A stretch of 63,747 bases of DNA, the filler included, from Octopus bimaculoides (taxonomy: Eukaryota): assembly GCF_001194135.2 (NCBI RefSeq). It is 6 parts of 6 records of this genome, joined end to end, with 100 filler letters (N's around TTAATTAATTAA, not from the genome) between each part and the next. Parts side by side here need not be neighbours in the genome. Positions count along the whole stretch, not along the records: positions 16,856 to 46,308 come from NC_068984.1; 5 more parts are not named here. One strand, written 5' to 3'. A program made the translations under genes and the position numbers. This document shows, piece after piece, positions 23,226-36,290 of the stretch. The number at the start of each line of letters is the position of its first letter. The stretch's first letter is position 1. The notes under the pieces were generated by a model. It was given only the letters and a program-made list of their open reading frames with translations. It was not told where the DNA came from and searched no databases.

Positions 23226-24924
23226 TAACATAAATAAGGACTGACAGATAGACAGATAGACTGATAGATAATGTTTCATCTCCTATTAGGATATAATTAT
23301 TTATGTGTGCTGTTTCAATTAATTCTTACTCCAGACGATACGTTTGTTAAGTCTACGCAGCATACAGAATAAACTAGATGAAAGAAACAGACCTTTTTCC
23401 AAAGTGGTAGATGGATGTGAAAATACGATTGGTCTAATGGCGTACTGCAGATAAAGAAACGTTAGCGATTAGCTGGTCATCTACAAGCATCACGATGCAA
23501 ACGGGTAAAGATATATACAGGTAGATTTATCAAAAAGAAAGAAGGATTTTAAAAAGTACATGAAACGTGAAACTGGGGAGATAGTAGTTTGTGCACCAAT
23601 GTTTTTATCACCCTTAGAAAACACTGCTAGCAGGCAGTATAGTAGATATGCTAGAAGTAAGGTGTTGTAATGATCCCCGGCAAGGTCTTTAACAAGTCAG
23701 ATGTAGAAATATTGAAATGACGAAAGGAATTATCAATGATGTGGAAACTCACAGCAATACCGAAAGCCTTTCCAAAAATTGCAATGTCAATAGCATGCTA
23801 GAAAGTGAGGATTATGCATTTCTTAGTCCTAGTGCTACCTCCCTATCATACCAGCACATTTTAACCTTTCATTATTTCTATATCTCACTTATTACAGGCA
23901 GATTCCATAGTGAAATACTTTACCGTTCTTCGATTATATCCACTAAAGTCGTATCTAAAAGAACCATTACCATTCAAGTCAAGTTTCTTCACAACTACCT
24001 CACTCTTCCCACTACCACTATGTGTGCACTTTTCTTTCTGTGTTTTTTTTCTTTTTTTTTTTGTTTCCTGCTGACTCATGGTTAAAGTCTGTTTGTATTA
24101 TAATGTTAACAAATGACCAGTAAATCCTACACTGCTATCCACCTATCGTACATCACCAACCAGCCATATGCTACCAATCAACAATTGTGTTTTTGTTTTG
24201 TTTTATTTTGTTTTGTTTTTGTAACTTGCAGAGTCTTGGCAAAAGGTTAATGCCCGAAACTTTACAGACTCTCTGAGACATTTTACATTCCGTTTAATCT
24301 ATAGCAGATCAACAAAAGCAGAAAAAAACTTGGAAAGGGACAAAATTCCAGAGGGCCAATATTCAAAGTTTAAAGGACTAGGCATAGTATTTAGTGCAGG
24401 TCCGGAGAGTTTTGACCTAGCAAGAGTAATGAGAGGTTGTAAGACGAGTGAGTTGAGGATCTGTGAGATGTGAAGGTACGAAGAATTGTAGCTCTACGGA
24501 ACGGTGGTCATTATAGCTACAATTGAAACGACAGCACGCCCTTGGGTTTGAGATTGGGGAGTTCCTGCTGTTAAATATTAATCATTGAAATGACCCTTCT
24601 GAGTAGGTGGTCTAGAATATCTGTGTGTGTGCGTGTGTATGCGTATGTGCGTGCGCGCGCACGTTTGTATACATGTATGTGTATATTCAGGGAGAGAAAG
24701 CGAGTGGGAAAAGAGAGTGAGAGAAACAAAGACAAACAGTAAGGAAAAAGAAATAGAGAGAGAGGTGAGAGCGATCTGGCAAAGTTGTTAAAGAGTTTCA
24801 ATTCGTACCCCTATGAGATCAAATCCCACGATGACAACATAGCGTTTAAGCTTTACGCTGTTTCCACAATAAACCACTCCAGATCGATGGAAAACCAGAA
24901 CTTTTGAAAGGTTTGATCCAACTT

Positions 24925-25140
24925 TATGGCAGTTAGCTGGTAGAATTGTTACCGCACCGTACAAAATGCTTAGCTGAATTTTGTCTGTCTTTATGTTCTG
25001 AGTTCAAATTTTTCCGAGCTCGATTTTGCCTTTCATGCTTTCAGGTTCGATAAAATAAGTACCTGTTGAGCACTGGGGTCGCTGTAATCGACATACCTAG
25101 TCTCCTATGATTACTGACTTTGTACCAATATTTAAACCAA
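24925..25140 (+). mobile_element. SINE family A (diverged)
   Basis: Same head, core and tail as 22997. Confidence 0.8.
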
Positions 25141-25545
25141 TATTTTCGCTAGACACTAATGTCTAGCAATATCGGTGCAAGACAGCGGACACATCTTAAA
25201 TAAACGTTGATAGCATGGGGAGAGGAAGCATGCAGACGCTTCTTCAAAAAGTAAAAAAAAACTCTTGCCTGACTAAAACACACTTGTGCAGATGTATAGA
25301 CAGTGTTAATGGACGAGGAACCTATATGCACACACACACGTGTATGTGTGTCTATTGGTGTATGTATATAGATAGATAGATATATAGATAGATACATACA
25401 TACATAATACATACATACATACATATACATAAATAGATCGGGAAAGATGGAGGGAGGTAGATATTAAAATATACGTCTCGTCCATTAATCCATCTTATAG
25501 ATATAGCATCGTCCCCATCATTAGACGATATCAGTCTCAACTTAC

Positions 25546-25549
25546 GCAT
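25546..25549 (-). CDS. Candidate minimal first coding exon (ATG+C)
   Basis: AAT-ATG-C|GTAAGT. Phase 1 would give M-Q-L-E-N-T-F with exon 12825. Confidence 0.2.
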
Positions 25550-25968
25550 ATTCACACACACACACACACACACACACGTTCACTCACTAATTCCACACCA
25601 TCACACCGCAATGTGCTTAAACTATCGCTACACACGCGAAGTCTATTTCACTTGTATCAAGTTACTATCTATACTTAATGCATAAATATTTGCACACATT
25701 AACGCTATTCACTCGTCGGTGTTATTATTAATACAGCGCTTAGTCAGGATATACACATCTATTTAATGATCCATTCTTTGAACCCACACTGTTTTGGATA
25801 TTCGTCATTATCGAAATACATAGAACAACAATAACAACAACAATACCAACAAAAACAATGAAATACATCAATGGACAACAAGAGAAACAATAAAAATAAG
25901 CAACAAATAAAATACTTAATAAGAGTAACAATCACAAAACAAACAAAATTACTGCAAATCAATGTCTC

Positions 25969-25982
25969 GTTGCTATGGCGAC
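25969..25982. promoter_or_regulatory. RFX X-box motif
   Basis: GTTGCTATGGCGAC; its reverse complement GTCGCCATAGCAAC fits the GTHNYY-AT-RRNAAC X-box consensus and lies in non-repeat sequence. Confidence 0.5.
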
Positions 25983-26235
25983 TTTGAACATCCTCTATTT
26001 ACTTTGTCAGCCACTTAGCAGCTAACATTATCGGATGTTATCTCCCAGGTATTAACGTTTTTCTTTTCCTTATTGATTATATAATCAAACACGAGAGATT
26101 GCGTATGCGCGTGTCCAGATACGTGCGTATGAAAGAGAGAGTGAGAGAGAGATGGAAAAGCTGAGAAAGAAAGAAAGACAAACAGATACTTGTGTGTGCG
26201 TCTGTGAGTGTGCGTATGCATGCGAGTATGTGTGA

Positions 26236-26283
<48 letters not shown>

Positions 26284-26732
26284 ACGCTGAAATGTGTATA
26301 TAAACTACGCATGCATGTTGTTTTCTGGATGTGCTTGTTTATATGTGTAAGCTTAACACATTTACTTGCGTTCATATCAATTATCACTGTTTACATATCT
26401 TACTACTCAGTTCTTGGTCATCTTTCTCACTCTCTCTCTCTCTCTCTCATTCCTTCTCCCTCTTACTCTCACTCTCTCATACATACATTCATATATGCAT
26501 ACATGCATACATGGATGCATGCATGTATGCATGTATGCTGATATGTATGCATACCTTTAAGTGTCTCTCACTTTATATGTACACCCTCAGAGATTCAAAA
26601 ACACGCATGCGTATGTGTTTATCTACTTTACACTATTTCTCTTCCTGTCTTTTTTCGTTGTCACACCTTGTACATATATGTGTGTGTGTGTATGTGTGTG
26701 TGCATATATACACACGCACACATAAATGTATT

Positions 26733-26823
<91 letters not shown>

Positions 26824-27687
26824 ATCTGGGAATATGTGCGTGTGTGTGTGTATGTATGCATGTGTGTCTCTCTGAGTCGGTGTGCACGAGTATGTTTGAA
26901 TTAAATTCAAAACATTCCAAAACTGTTTCATACTGCCCGACCACATACTGAGAGAACAGTAATCTACGACAAAAGAAACATGACAGTAGTCGATACAGGT
27001 TCGTGGCAGAAATGTCAACAACCCGTTGCATGTATGTCTCTGATAAGTAGGAGCAGGAATTCTATACATAAAGGTTTCATACAGTTACACACTGTTGGCA
27101 TTATTGGAAATGCTTCGCTATCAAAAAGACATACTAAAATACAATGATGGAGAGAAATTGACTTCATTTATCGAACACGTGTGTAAATGCCTATATTTTG
27201 TACAGATATTCTGTGTGGATATGTGTGTATACATAAATAGACAGAAACACACACATACACATACACATAGACACACGCGCGCACACACACATATATATAT
27301 ATATATATGTATATGTGTGTATCTGTATATATGTGTGTGTATGCATATACATATGTGTGTGTATGTATGTATGTAAATATGTATGTATGTGTGTCTGTAT
27401 GTATGTATGTATACGTGTACACACGCAAGCACACACACTCATATATGTGTGTGTGCGTTTATATGCATATATATATATGCCCTAACTCTTCGAAACGCCA
27501 GTGTTAGAACGGTGGCAGCTGATGAAGGAAATGTTCTCTATGTGACCTGTGTGTTTTCTGTACTTTGTTTATCATTTTGTCTACATTTTGTTTGCAATGT
27601 CCTGTCCCCAGATATGCATCTATATATACAGGTAGATGTGAGTATGTGCATACATGTACGTATATATGCATATACTCATTTATTATT

Positions 27688-27721
<34 letters not shown>

Positions 27722-28431
27722 TATTTGCTTCATGTGCTTCACAGTCAGTATAGTAGGAATATAGCGTATTTCATATAGATTGTATATACTCTGCGTTGTG
27801 TTCCTTAGGTGATATTATGTCCACGTGTACCAGCGTCCTATGTTAGGCTACGGGAGTCTAAAAGATAACTGTAGGATAGGTGCTTTTTACATCGGGATCA
27901 GAGAAAGTTAATTTAATAGCCCGCTATACAAGCTTGACATCTTTTATATGCTGTTGCAAACACAAAAGTTAATCGCAAACGTATCTGTCACGAATAATAT
28001 GGCTATAAAGGGTGGAGCTACCGGCCTTCTATGAGTTATATTTGACAACACCAGCAAGTTATATAATGGTCTAAAACGATATAGTTTACGTTTAAGTGAC
28101 AAGCAGAAAATAAATCGACATACTCTAATAATGAACAAAACAAAAAAAACTAATTTCAGCGTTCAAACATTGTATAAAAATTTTACGATAATTTTGCACA
28201 ACAGAAAAACCTTAGGCATTAATTGAGAGGCTGGCATATTGTATTTTATTTCATCAACTATGGTGAATGTTCGGTGAAGATTGGTGCGCTCAAATTTCAG
28301 GTTAATAGCATGAAAGTATCGTTCACAAGAAACAACAAGCACCTTTATACATACATACATACATACATACATACATACATACATACATGCATACATACAT
28401 ACATACATATATATACATACACTCACAAACA

Positions 28432-28495
<64 letters not shown>

Positions 28496-29023
28496 CATAT
28501 ATATGTATATATTTGTGTGTGTGTGTGTGTGTATGTATGCATGTATGTAAAAATGTATATTATACGACCATTGCTATGGTGCTAGTAAATTTAGGCATAT
28601 GGTAATGGACTATTCATGATTTATCGTTTTTTAGCTACTATCGTGGTTTGGATCGGTGCAAATTGTGCGTTTGCTCGTAAAATATGTGTCAGCCTGTAAA
28701 ATGTGATATGCTTCTTTTAGCCGCACACTCTATATGTACATATGTTTGTGTATGAATGTGTATGCGTGTGTGTGTATGTGTCTGTGTGTGCGCGCGTAAT
28801 TCTGATGCAAAACTAACTGGAACTAAATGTTGTATCGAACTAAAACATGTTGGAAAATATTTTTGAGTAAACACGCTTTGTTTCCGGCTAACCGAATGCA
28901 AAAATACTCTATTCCTGATTTTGGCTAAGTTTCCGTCCGTTGTTTTCCAACTGTTATGTATGAGTGAGAAAGTGAGAGAGAGAGGAAGAAAGACAAGGAA
29001 AGAAAGAGTGCATGCGTGTATGG

Positions 29024-29090
<67 letters not shown>

Positions 29091-29439
29091 CTTAGTTATC
29101 AACTTGTGTGTGTATTTTGGTTATCGGTAGCAAACCGAATGGTGCATGGTTCATTAGAAGCAAAACAATATAATTTCACTATAATCTTGAGCACGCAAGC
29201 TTACTAACTTAAATAAGAATTGGTTTCGATAGGCAATTTCACTTCTTCATTCTATAGCAAGATCAACTATTTGATGATATTCAGATGTTCACTGAAGTGT
29301 GCAGTTTGTATAATTTCATATAACCTACCATGCATGCATACATAACAAAACAACTTCCATTGACATCTGTAGGCGATATCAGATGTGTTGTGTTGGCACT
29401 TTTAGGCTACTGCATCTGCATTTGGGTATCTGCGTGTTT

Positions 29440-29800
29440 GTAGTGAATATATGCGCTCATGCGCACTTGACAGGATTTCTTTTCACCCTTCTCCTCCAGT
29501 GATCCCGCTCAAAGCTCTTCTGGGAAATTTCGCACATCGTGTGGAATCTAGTTTCTCTCATCAAAAGCCTGATCTGATAATATGTATTTACAAGTCGTAC
29601 ATATTTTATGTCTAGGTAGAATCCTTCCAATAATTCTGTTTAGTAGGTTGTCTTCAGAGAATACTGTTTCCAAATATTCGTTCGTGCGTAGGTTGCATCG
29701 GTTGCGGCTTCCAGGATAAGATTTTCTTCTGGATAACATTTTCCATTTGAGATTGAATGGTATAGATATGGGTTTTGTTTATCATGTACGTGGTTAGCTA
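29440..29800 (-). mobile_element. Penelope-like element 3' end (GIY-YIG C-terminus and pLTR remnant)
   Basis: LKWKMLSRRKSYPGSRNRCNLRTNEYLETVFSEDNLLNRIIGRILPRHK matches the recalled PLE pattern W-I-----Y-----CNLC--EK--I-----LLN-R-E----CRH. A decayed UUGAUGA...GAAACUAG follows. Confidence 0.75.
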
Positions 29801-30594
29801 ACGCGGTTTTCATTTGACTATTTGGGTATCTAAAAAAAATAATAGTGTGAATTTCACCATGATTTAAAAGTTTTTGTGAACATGCTTATGAAGCATTTCT
29901 ATTGACTATACACATTTAAACGACGTCCTTAGCATTTATGGAACAATCTACTAAGTTCTAGACCATAGCAGATAAGCGTTACGCTAAATTCTTTTCATAT
30001 GATAATGATAGTTACCACACCCAAATAAGCCGTTCTCAAAGCAATAGGTGACATGAAAGTAATGTGATTAAGTTCTGCTGTAGGAGGATAGATAGGTAGA
30101 TAGACAGACAGAGAGACAGACAGAGAGACAGACAGAGAGACAGACAGAGAGACAGACAGAGAGACAGACAGACCACACACACTACATCCAACCCATACTC
30201 ACACACACACACACGCACGCACATGGACACACACACAGACGGACGAACAACAGACGGAAAATGGACAGAAAGTCGTTACTCCCTGAGCTTACCAGTTTGA
30301 GTGAACTAAGACTTTGGATCAAATATAGACCAAAGCAGGGTGTTTGGCAAGCGGATTCTCGTGAGGCACTCAAGCTTCTCTGTCACACGGGCAACACCAA
30401 CGGTGGGGGTTCCACGTCATCTTTTTACAGAGGATTGGTAGCGGCTTAGTGTGAAGACGTCCTGAAGGTCAACTAGCTGGCCTGTTCTGGAGGCCATTCG
30501 GGCCAGGACTCTTGGATAACGTATTTTTCACTCACTGGTAATGTCCTGTACTTCATGTATATTTTTAATTATACACACATAGATATATATATAT

Positions 30595-30861
30595 ATAACC
30601 AATGGGCTTCTTTCACTTTACGTCGACTGAATCTACTCGCAAGTCTCTGGTCGGCCAGAGGCTATAGTAAAAGACACTTGCCCAAGGTATTATACAGTGG
30701 GACTGAACCCGGAACTATGTGGTGGGAAGCAAGCTTTTACCACGCATCAACGCCTGTGCCCATATTCCTTTATTTCTTTACTTCGGCCACGCTAGAGCAC
30801 TTCCTTAGGGGTTCCTGGTCGAAGAAATAGACCCCAGGAGTTATTCTGTATAAGCCTGGTA

Positions 30862-30862
<1 letters not shown>
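30595..30862 (-). mobile_element. SINE family D pieces (5' half and a separate 3' half)
   Basis: Reverse complement of ...CAGTCCCACTG...CTTGGGCAAGTGTCTTTTACTATAGCC... and of the family D tail. Confidence 0.8.
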
Positions 30863-30927
<65 letters not shown>

Positions 30928-31694
30928 TANNNNNNNNNNNNNNNNNNNNNNNNNNNNNNNNNNNNNNNNNNNNNNNNNNNNNNNNNNNNNNNNNNNNNNN
31001 NNNNNNNNNNNNNNNNNNNNNNNNNNNNNNNNNNNNNNNNNNNNNNNNNNNNNNNNNNNNNNNNNNNNNNNNNNNNNNNNNNNNNNNNNNNNNNNNNNNN
31101 NNNNNNNNNNNNNNNNNNNNNNNNNNNNNNNNNNNNNNNNNNNNNNNNNNNNNNNNNNNNNNNNNNNNNNNNNNNNNNNNNNNNNNNNNNNNNNNNNNNN
31201 NNNNNNNNNNNNNNNNNNNNNNNNNNNNNNNNNNNNNNNNNNNNNNNNNNNNNNNNNNNNNNNNNNNNNNNNNNNNNNNNNNNNNNNNNNNNNNNNNNNN
31301 NNNNNNNNNNNNNNNNNNNNNNNNNNNNNNNNNNNNNNNNNNNNNNNNNNNNNNNNNNNNNNNNNNNNNNNNNNNNNNNNNNNNNNNNNNNNNNNNNNNN
31401 NNNNNNNNNNNNNNNNNNNNNNNNNNNNNNNNNNNNNNNNNNNNNNNNNNNNNNNNNNNNNNNNNNNNNNNNNNNNNNNNNNNNNNNNNNNNNNNNNNNN
31501 NNNNNNNNNNNNNNNNNNNNNNNNNNNNNNNNNNNNNNNNNNNNNNNNNNNNNNNNNNNNNNNNNNNNNNNNNNNNNNNNNNNNNNNNNNNNNNNNNNNN
31601 NNNNNNNNNNNNNNNNNNNNNNNNNNNNNNNNNNNNNNNNNNNNNNNNNNNNNNNNNNNNNNNNNNNNNNNNNNNNNNNNNNNNNNGTTTTTTT

Positions 31695-32210
31695 TTCAGT
31701 GTTATTGATGGTTTATCTGGGGATTTTAACTCCACTTTCTAGCAGGTAGGCGCCTCGTGTGCCGTTATGATAAATGTAAATTTTAATTCAATAGCTATCT
31801 AACGCTATTTAACGCCTGAAACCACCTATATTTACCGTAGACAATAATAACAATAATAATAATATCTGTATAAATGTTCGCATTTGAATATTTACTCCTT
31901 ATTAATATATTTACACTGAAGCTGTTCTGACTTTCACGCGAAACAAATCAGAACGCCGGCAGACTTCACTTAGTAAAACTTGCCGAGGAGAGTTAAAGCT
32001 TTTTCACCAGAACTAGAAATCGTGATACAAATGTATCCAAATGCCAGACTATATAGCATTTAGCTATGATGGTGTCTAAACTCATTACCCGTTCGCTCGA
32101 CTACTGTTGTTTTCTATTGTGTTGTTCAGTGTTACTGGTGGTTTACCTGGGTGTGTTAACTCCACTTTCTAGCAGGTAGGCACCTCAGGTGCCCTTATGA
32201 AAAATATATA
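31695..32210. repeat. Pair of ~85-bp direct repeats 430 bp apart
   Basis: ...TTAACTCCACTTTCTAGCAGGTAGG... with TCCACTTTCT starting at 31731 and 32161. Confidence 0.8.
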
Positions 32211-32463
32211 ATGAGTGCAAACAGAAAGTTTGTAGCAGTATGCACATATGCATGTATGTATGTATATATGTATGCATGTATGTATGTATGTACGTATGTA
32301 TATACGTATGTATGTACGTATGTATGTACGTATGTATGTATGTATACACGTATATATATGTATATATACGAGTGTCTGTGGTTTCTGTGTCAGTGTATAA
32401 ACTTTTGTATATCTTTTACATATATCCATGTGTATGTATGTATGTATGTATGTATGTATGTGT

Positions 32464-32845
32464 GGAGGCGCAATGGCCCAGTGGTTAGGACAGCGGACTC
32501 GGGGTCATAGGATCGCGGTTTCGATTCCCAGACCGGGCGTTGTGAGTGTTTATTGAGCGAAAACACCTAAAGCTCCACGACGCTCCGGCAGGGGATGGTG
32601 GCGAACCCTGCTGTACTCTTTCACCACAACTTTCTCTCACTCTTACTTCCCGTTTCTGTTGTGCCTGTAATTCAAAGAGTTCAGCCTTGTCACACTGTGT
32701 CATGCTGAATATCCCCGAGAACTACGTTAAGGGTACACGTGTCTGTGGAGTGCTCAGCCACTTGCACGTTAACTTCACGAGCGGGCTGCTCCGCTGATCG
32801 GATCAACTGGAACCCTCGACGTCGTAAGCGACGGAGTGCTAACAA
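32464..32845 (+). mobile_element. Full-length tRNA-derived SINE family B
   Basis: A-box TGGCCCAGTGG and B-box-like GGTTTCGATTCCC. Nearly identical to 52300-52600 and embedded in (TATG)n. Confidence 0.92.
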
Positions 32846-32994
32846 CATGTATGCATGTATGTATGTATGTATGTATGTATGTACGTATGTGTGCATGTAT
32901 GTGTGTGTACGGCTACTTGATTTTTATTGTAAACACGAACGACTATGTATCTAATTTCAACTTTTTGTTAGAATTTTTCTTTCACCATTACGCA

Positions 32995-33910
32995 TGAGTC
33001 TCTTAAAATTCTTTTAGAGCAATAAACTTCTAAATCTTTTATGACCATCCATAGAACAATACAAGCACTAATTAACAACGATTATTCTGACAGACAAATA
33101 GACCAAGCCAAAGTGGAATATATACAGAAATACGACGCGACAATCATATCAGATATTACACATATCAAAAATACACACAACTTTCGCATGAAATTCACAC
33201 AACTTACTATATGATTCAAATGCCTATTAACTATAAAACAGACGAATCCGCGTTAATACTTTTATTAGCGGAAACAAAAAATACTTAGTAATAGGCCACA
33301 TACTAATTCTAATAATATACTACAAAAACATTTAAACCAAAAGCTTCTGTATCCACGACAAACCATAGCCTTCTAAATCAGAGACACCATTTTAAATGCG
33401 TTGCAGGATTTATAAATTTTAAGCTGCAAGGCTTCATGACTCGTATTTTAACATTAGCCACGGATGTACAACACTCGCTCGTAACAAAGAACAACAACAA
33501 CGCTTATAACATAAGTATTGTAGTTACTACTTGCGACTTACACCCTAAGTCTTACATCACAATATGATTTACAACGCAATACCAAATTAGACACTTCGAG
33601 CTTTGATAACACGTCTATTCAATATAAAATTTCCAGGAGGTATAGATTATTAATAATGGAAGCATTCTCCATATCGCAGCAAAATGCTAAAATTAATACG
33701 ATGACAACACACACATGTCAAAAACAAATAGATATATGTCTAATAATGTAAATATCAAACAATTAAATTTCAAATTCCATTGAATCATATTCAGTTGATA
33801 AATTCTATATAAATCTCATATATCTATTGTAAAATGATGCTGTTACACACACAAATACTGATTTAATTTCTGATGAGGACTCTGTGAAAGTCTAGACACG
33901 TTAAAGATTA
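32995..33910 (+). mobile_element. Decayed Penelope-like element (RT thumb + GIY-YIG + hammerhead remnant)
   Basis: IQALINNDYSDRQID, YYMIQMPINYKTDE, LILIIYYKN and RLLIMEAFSI...IN occur in different frames. CUGAUGA-GGAC..GUCU-AGACACGUU at 33870-33902. Confidence 0.7.
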
Positions 33911-34639
33911 TCATGAATGTATTAAGTTTATTGTCCAAAATGAACTCTAAGTGACCTGTACAAAACTATCGACAACTTTAAAGAAAAATTTAAACCCGGA
34001 ACACAGTCGTGATTTCATAATATTATTACAAGAAAAAGTGAAAACTTGCGCGCACACATTCGCACGTACCAGAACATGTTTACAAATGCATATGTGTGTG
34101 AATGTATGTGCATGTGTACGTGCATATACATGAGTATATCCATACATATGTGTGTATGGGCGTGTGTATTTGTGGTGAATTTTACCACGAATTTATCGTT
34201 CTCCAGTTGTAGCATCTTGCACGTTGTGAGAAAACTTTGAAATATAAAGCAATACACTCTACCGTCAAATTCTTTGGATACATGTATTTGATTTGTAGAC
34301 ATCTTTACCCTATGAATAAACATACCCCGTTGACAATATATTTGATCGACTGTACCTTTAACACAAAAATTCAGCTTTAACATACTTGTGGCGTTCTGAT
34401 GCTGTCCAATGATATGTTAAGGGTACACATGCCTCTTAAATATTTTGCCACTTCGCAAACTAATTTAGTAAGTGAACTGTCCAATCAATCAAACATCTGT
34501 GCATCCATTATCACGTGTGTGTATGTGGACGGCTATATACATGTCTGTGTGTATAAAATATGTATATATACCTGCACATCGGTTCATGCGTGTGTGTCTA
34601 TGTCTGTGTATGTGTGCATGCGTGTGTGTATTAGAATGC

Positions 34640-34790
34640 TAAAAGTTATGGCCGGTCATAGAGTGACCATTGGTTTCGAACCTATAAAGCGCTTAGCAGT
34701 ATAGCTAACACATGAGATTCAAATGGCTGAAGGCATATAATGTCCTTACAACTGGAGGAAGAAATACGTAACGGCCAGTTGGTTTTGTAA
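34640..34790 (-). repeat. H2 repeat arm with inactivated hammerhead (34651-34728)
   Basis: GAAA-CC aau GG-UC-ACUC is intact, but the core reads CUCAUGU. Confidence 0.75.
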
Positions 34791-35581
34791 ACAAAAAGCA
34801 TTTGTCCATGCTGCGGGCGGGACGGGGTTATCTCCTCTTACATCGGCTCTGGCTTTGATGATATTCGGAGGAACTGTGCCAAAACTATTCAATAAATGAG
34901 AAATTCCAAGTCTGCAATAGGAAACTTTTTTTAATGTGGGTATTGTCTGAATACTTCTTTCCTGGAGTTTAAAAATGTCTCTGGGTCAAGCGAGTTTTTT
35001 TAGGGTTCTTGCCCTCTCAGCCAAGCAAATTTTACATCGTTTGCTCCCGTTTATATAAGTCCCTGGTTGATCAAAGAGTTTTCATTTAATTTTGTATGGA
35101 GTTCCTTCCTATTTTAAGTGTCATACACGGCTGGCCAGGGACGTCATGTTGCACATTTCCGGTGACTCTAGCCATCTACGTATGGTGCTTAAAAGAGAAA
35201 GGAACCCCATACATAATTAAATGTTTCAGTCAAGAGACTGCAGTCATTACGGCCGATCTTAACAATCAGTTTCACACCGGATATCAGGGTAACAGGGTGG
35301 TTATATAATACATATGCCCTTTGTGAATGGTAGTTATAGCAAAAATATAACAACTGTAACAGCTTCCACTCCCGAAGAGCACTGTATTAGCTAACCATCT
35401 AGTTAGCTAACAGCCATTGGAAAACCAGCTATAATGTATCTATAATACTGCATACTTTGATATCTACAAATGTGACTAGGGTGGTAAAAGCACCTACAAT
35501 GCTAAAATAGGAGCTAAAATGCTCTAATGCTGTAGTTAACGCACATTAATGAAAACATGTACACTAACAGGGACCTGAATC

Positions 35582-35682
35582 GACCGAAAAATGCCGATTG
35601 AGATTTCTTAATACTGACATCAATTTGCGCAATTTCCGTGGCCTCATCAGTTAAGCCCGCTAGATCTCAGCCATTTTCGGAC
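35582..35682 (-). ncRNA. H1 hammerhead copy 1 (G12C, damaged stem II)
   Basis: CUUAA-CUGAUGA-GGCCA cggaaa UUGCG-CAAA-UUG augu CAG-UA-UUAAG. Confidence 0.8.
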
Positions 35683-35936
35683 TTACTTCTCTATTAGTAT
35701 ATATGTCTTCGTCAACCAAATTAATGGATGATTTAGCGATTCGCCAATGTGTATACACAAAATTAATATAAAGAGCAGTTTGCAATGTTTAACCAAAAAA
35801 AGAGAATTATAATTGTCATTAAATGTGACTAGAGTGTTAAGAAACACCTACATTGCTAGAAATAAGAGCTAAAATGCTCTAATTCTGTAGTTAACGTACA
35901 TGAATGAAAACATATACAGTAACAGAGACCTGGATT

Positions 35937-36037
35937 GTCCGAAAAATGCCGATCGAGAATTCTTAATACTGATGTCAGTTTCGGCAATTTCCGTTGCCTC
36001 ATCAATTACGCCCACTGGATTTCGGCCTTTTTCGGAC
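35937..36037 (-). ncRNA. H1 hammerhead copy 2 (C3U, one stem I mismatch)
   Basis: CGUAA-UUGAUGA-GGCAA cggaaa UUGCC-GAAA-CUG acau CAG-UA-UUAAG. Confidence 0.85.
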
Positions 36038-36189
36038 TTATTTCTCTATTAGTATATATAACTACCTAATCAATTTTAGTGACAATTATAATTCTCATTT
36101 TTGGTGAAACATTGCAGCCTGGTGTTTATATTAATTCTATATATATACATTTGCGAATTGCTGGATCATCCATCAATTTGGATGAGGAA

Positions 36190-36290
36190 GTCCGAAAAGG
36201 GCCGAGATCGAGTGGGCTTAACTGACGAGGCAACGGAAATTGCCGAGACTGTCGTCAGTATTAAGAATTCTCGATCGGCATTTTTCGGAC
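36190..36290 (+). ncRNA. H1 hammerhead copy 3 (A14G)
   Basis: GUCCGAAAA..GCC..GAUCGAG..CUUAA-CUGACGA-GGCAA cggaaa UUGCC-GAGA-CUG ucgu CAG-UA-UUAAG..CUCGAUC-GGC..UUUUCGGAC. All helices pair. Confidence 0.88.

Noticed and set aside
27490-27530. CUGAUGA at 27519, 43807 and 57614, with GAAA-like motifs upstream in some cases
   Set aside because: I could not build helices I and III or a UH site in any HHR topology.
29548-29739. ORF MLSRRKSYPG... as a kinase N-terminal exon
   Set aside because: No compatible donor before the stop; it is better explained as a Penelope GIY-YIG C-terminus.
32464-32540. tRNA-like heads here and at 9952
   Set aside because: They have A/B boxes but no full cloverleaf and continue into SINE bodies.
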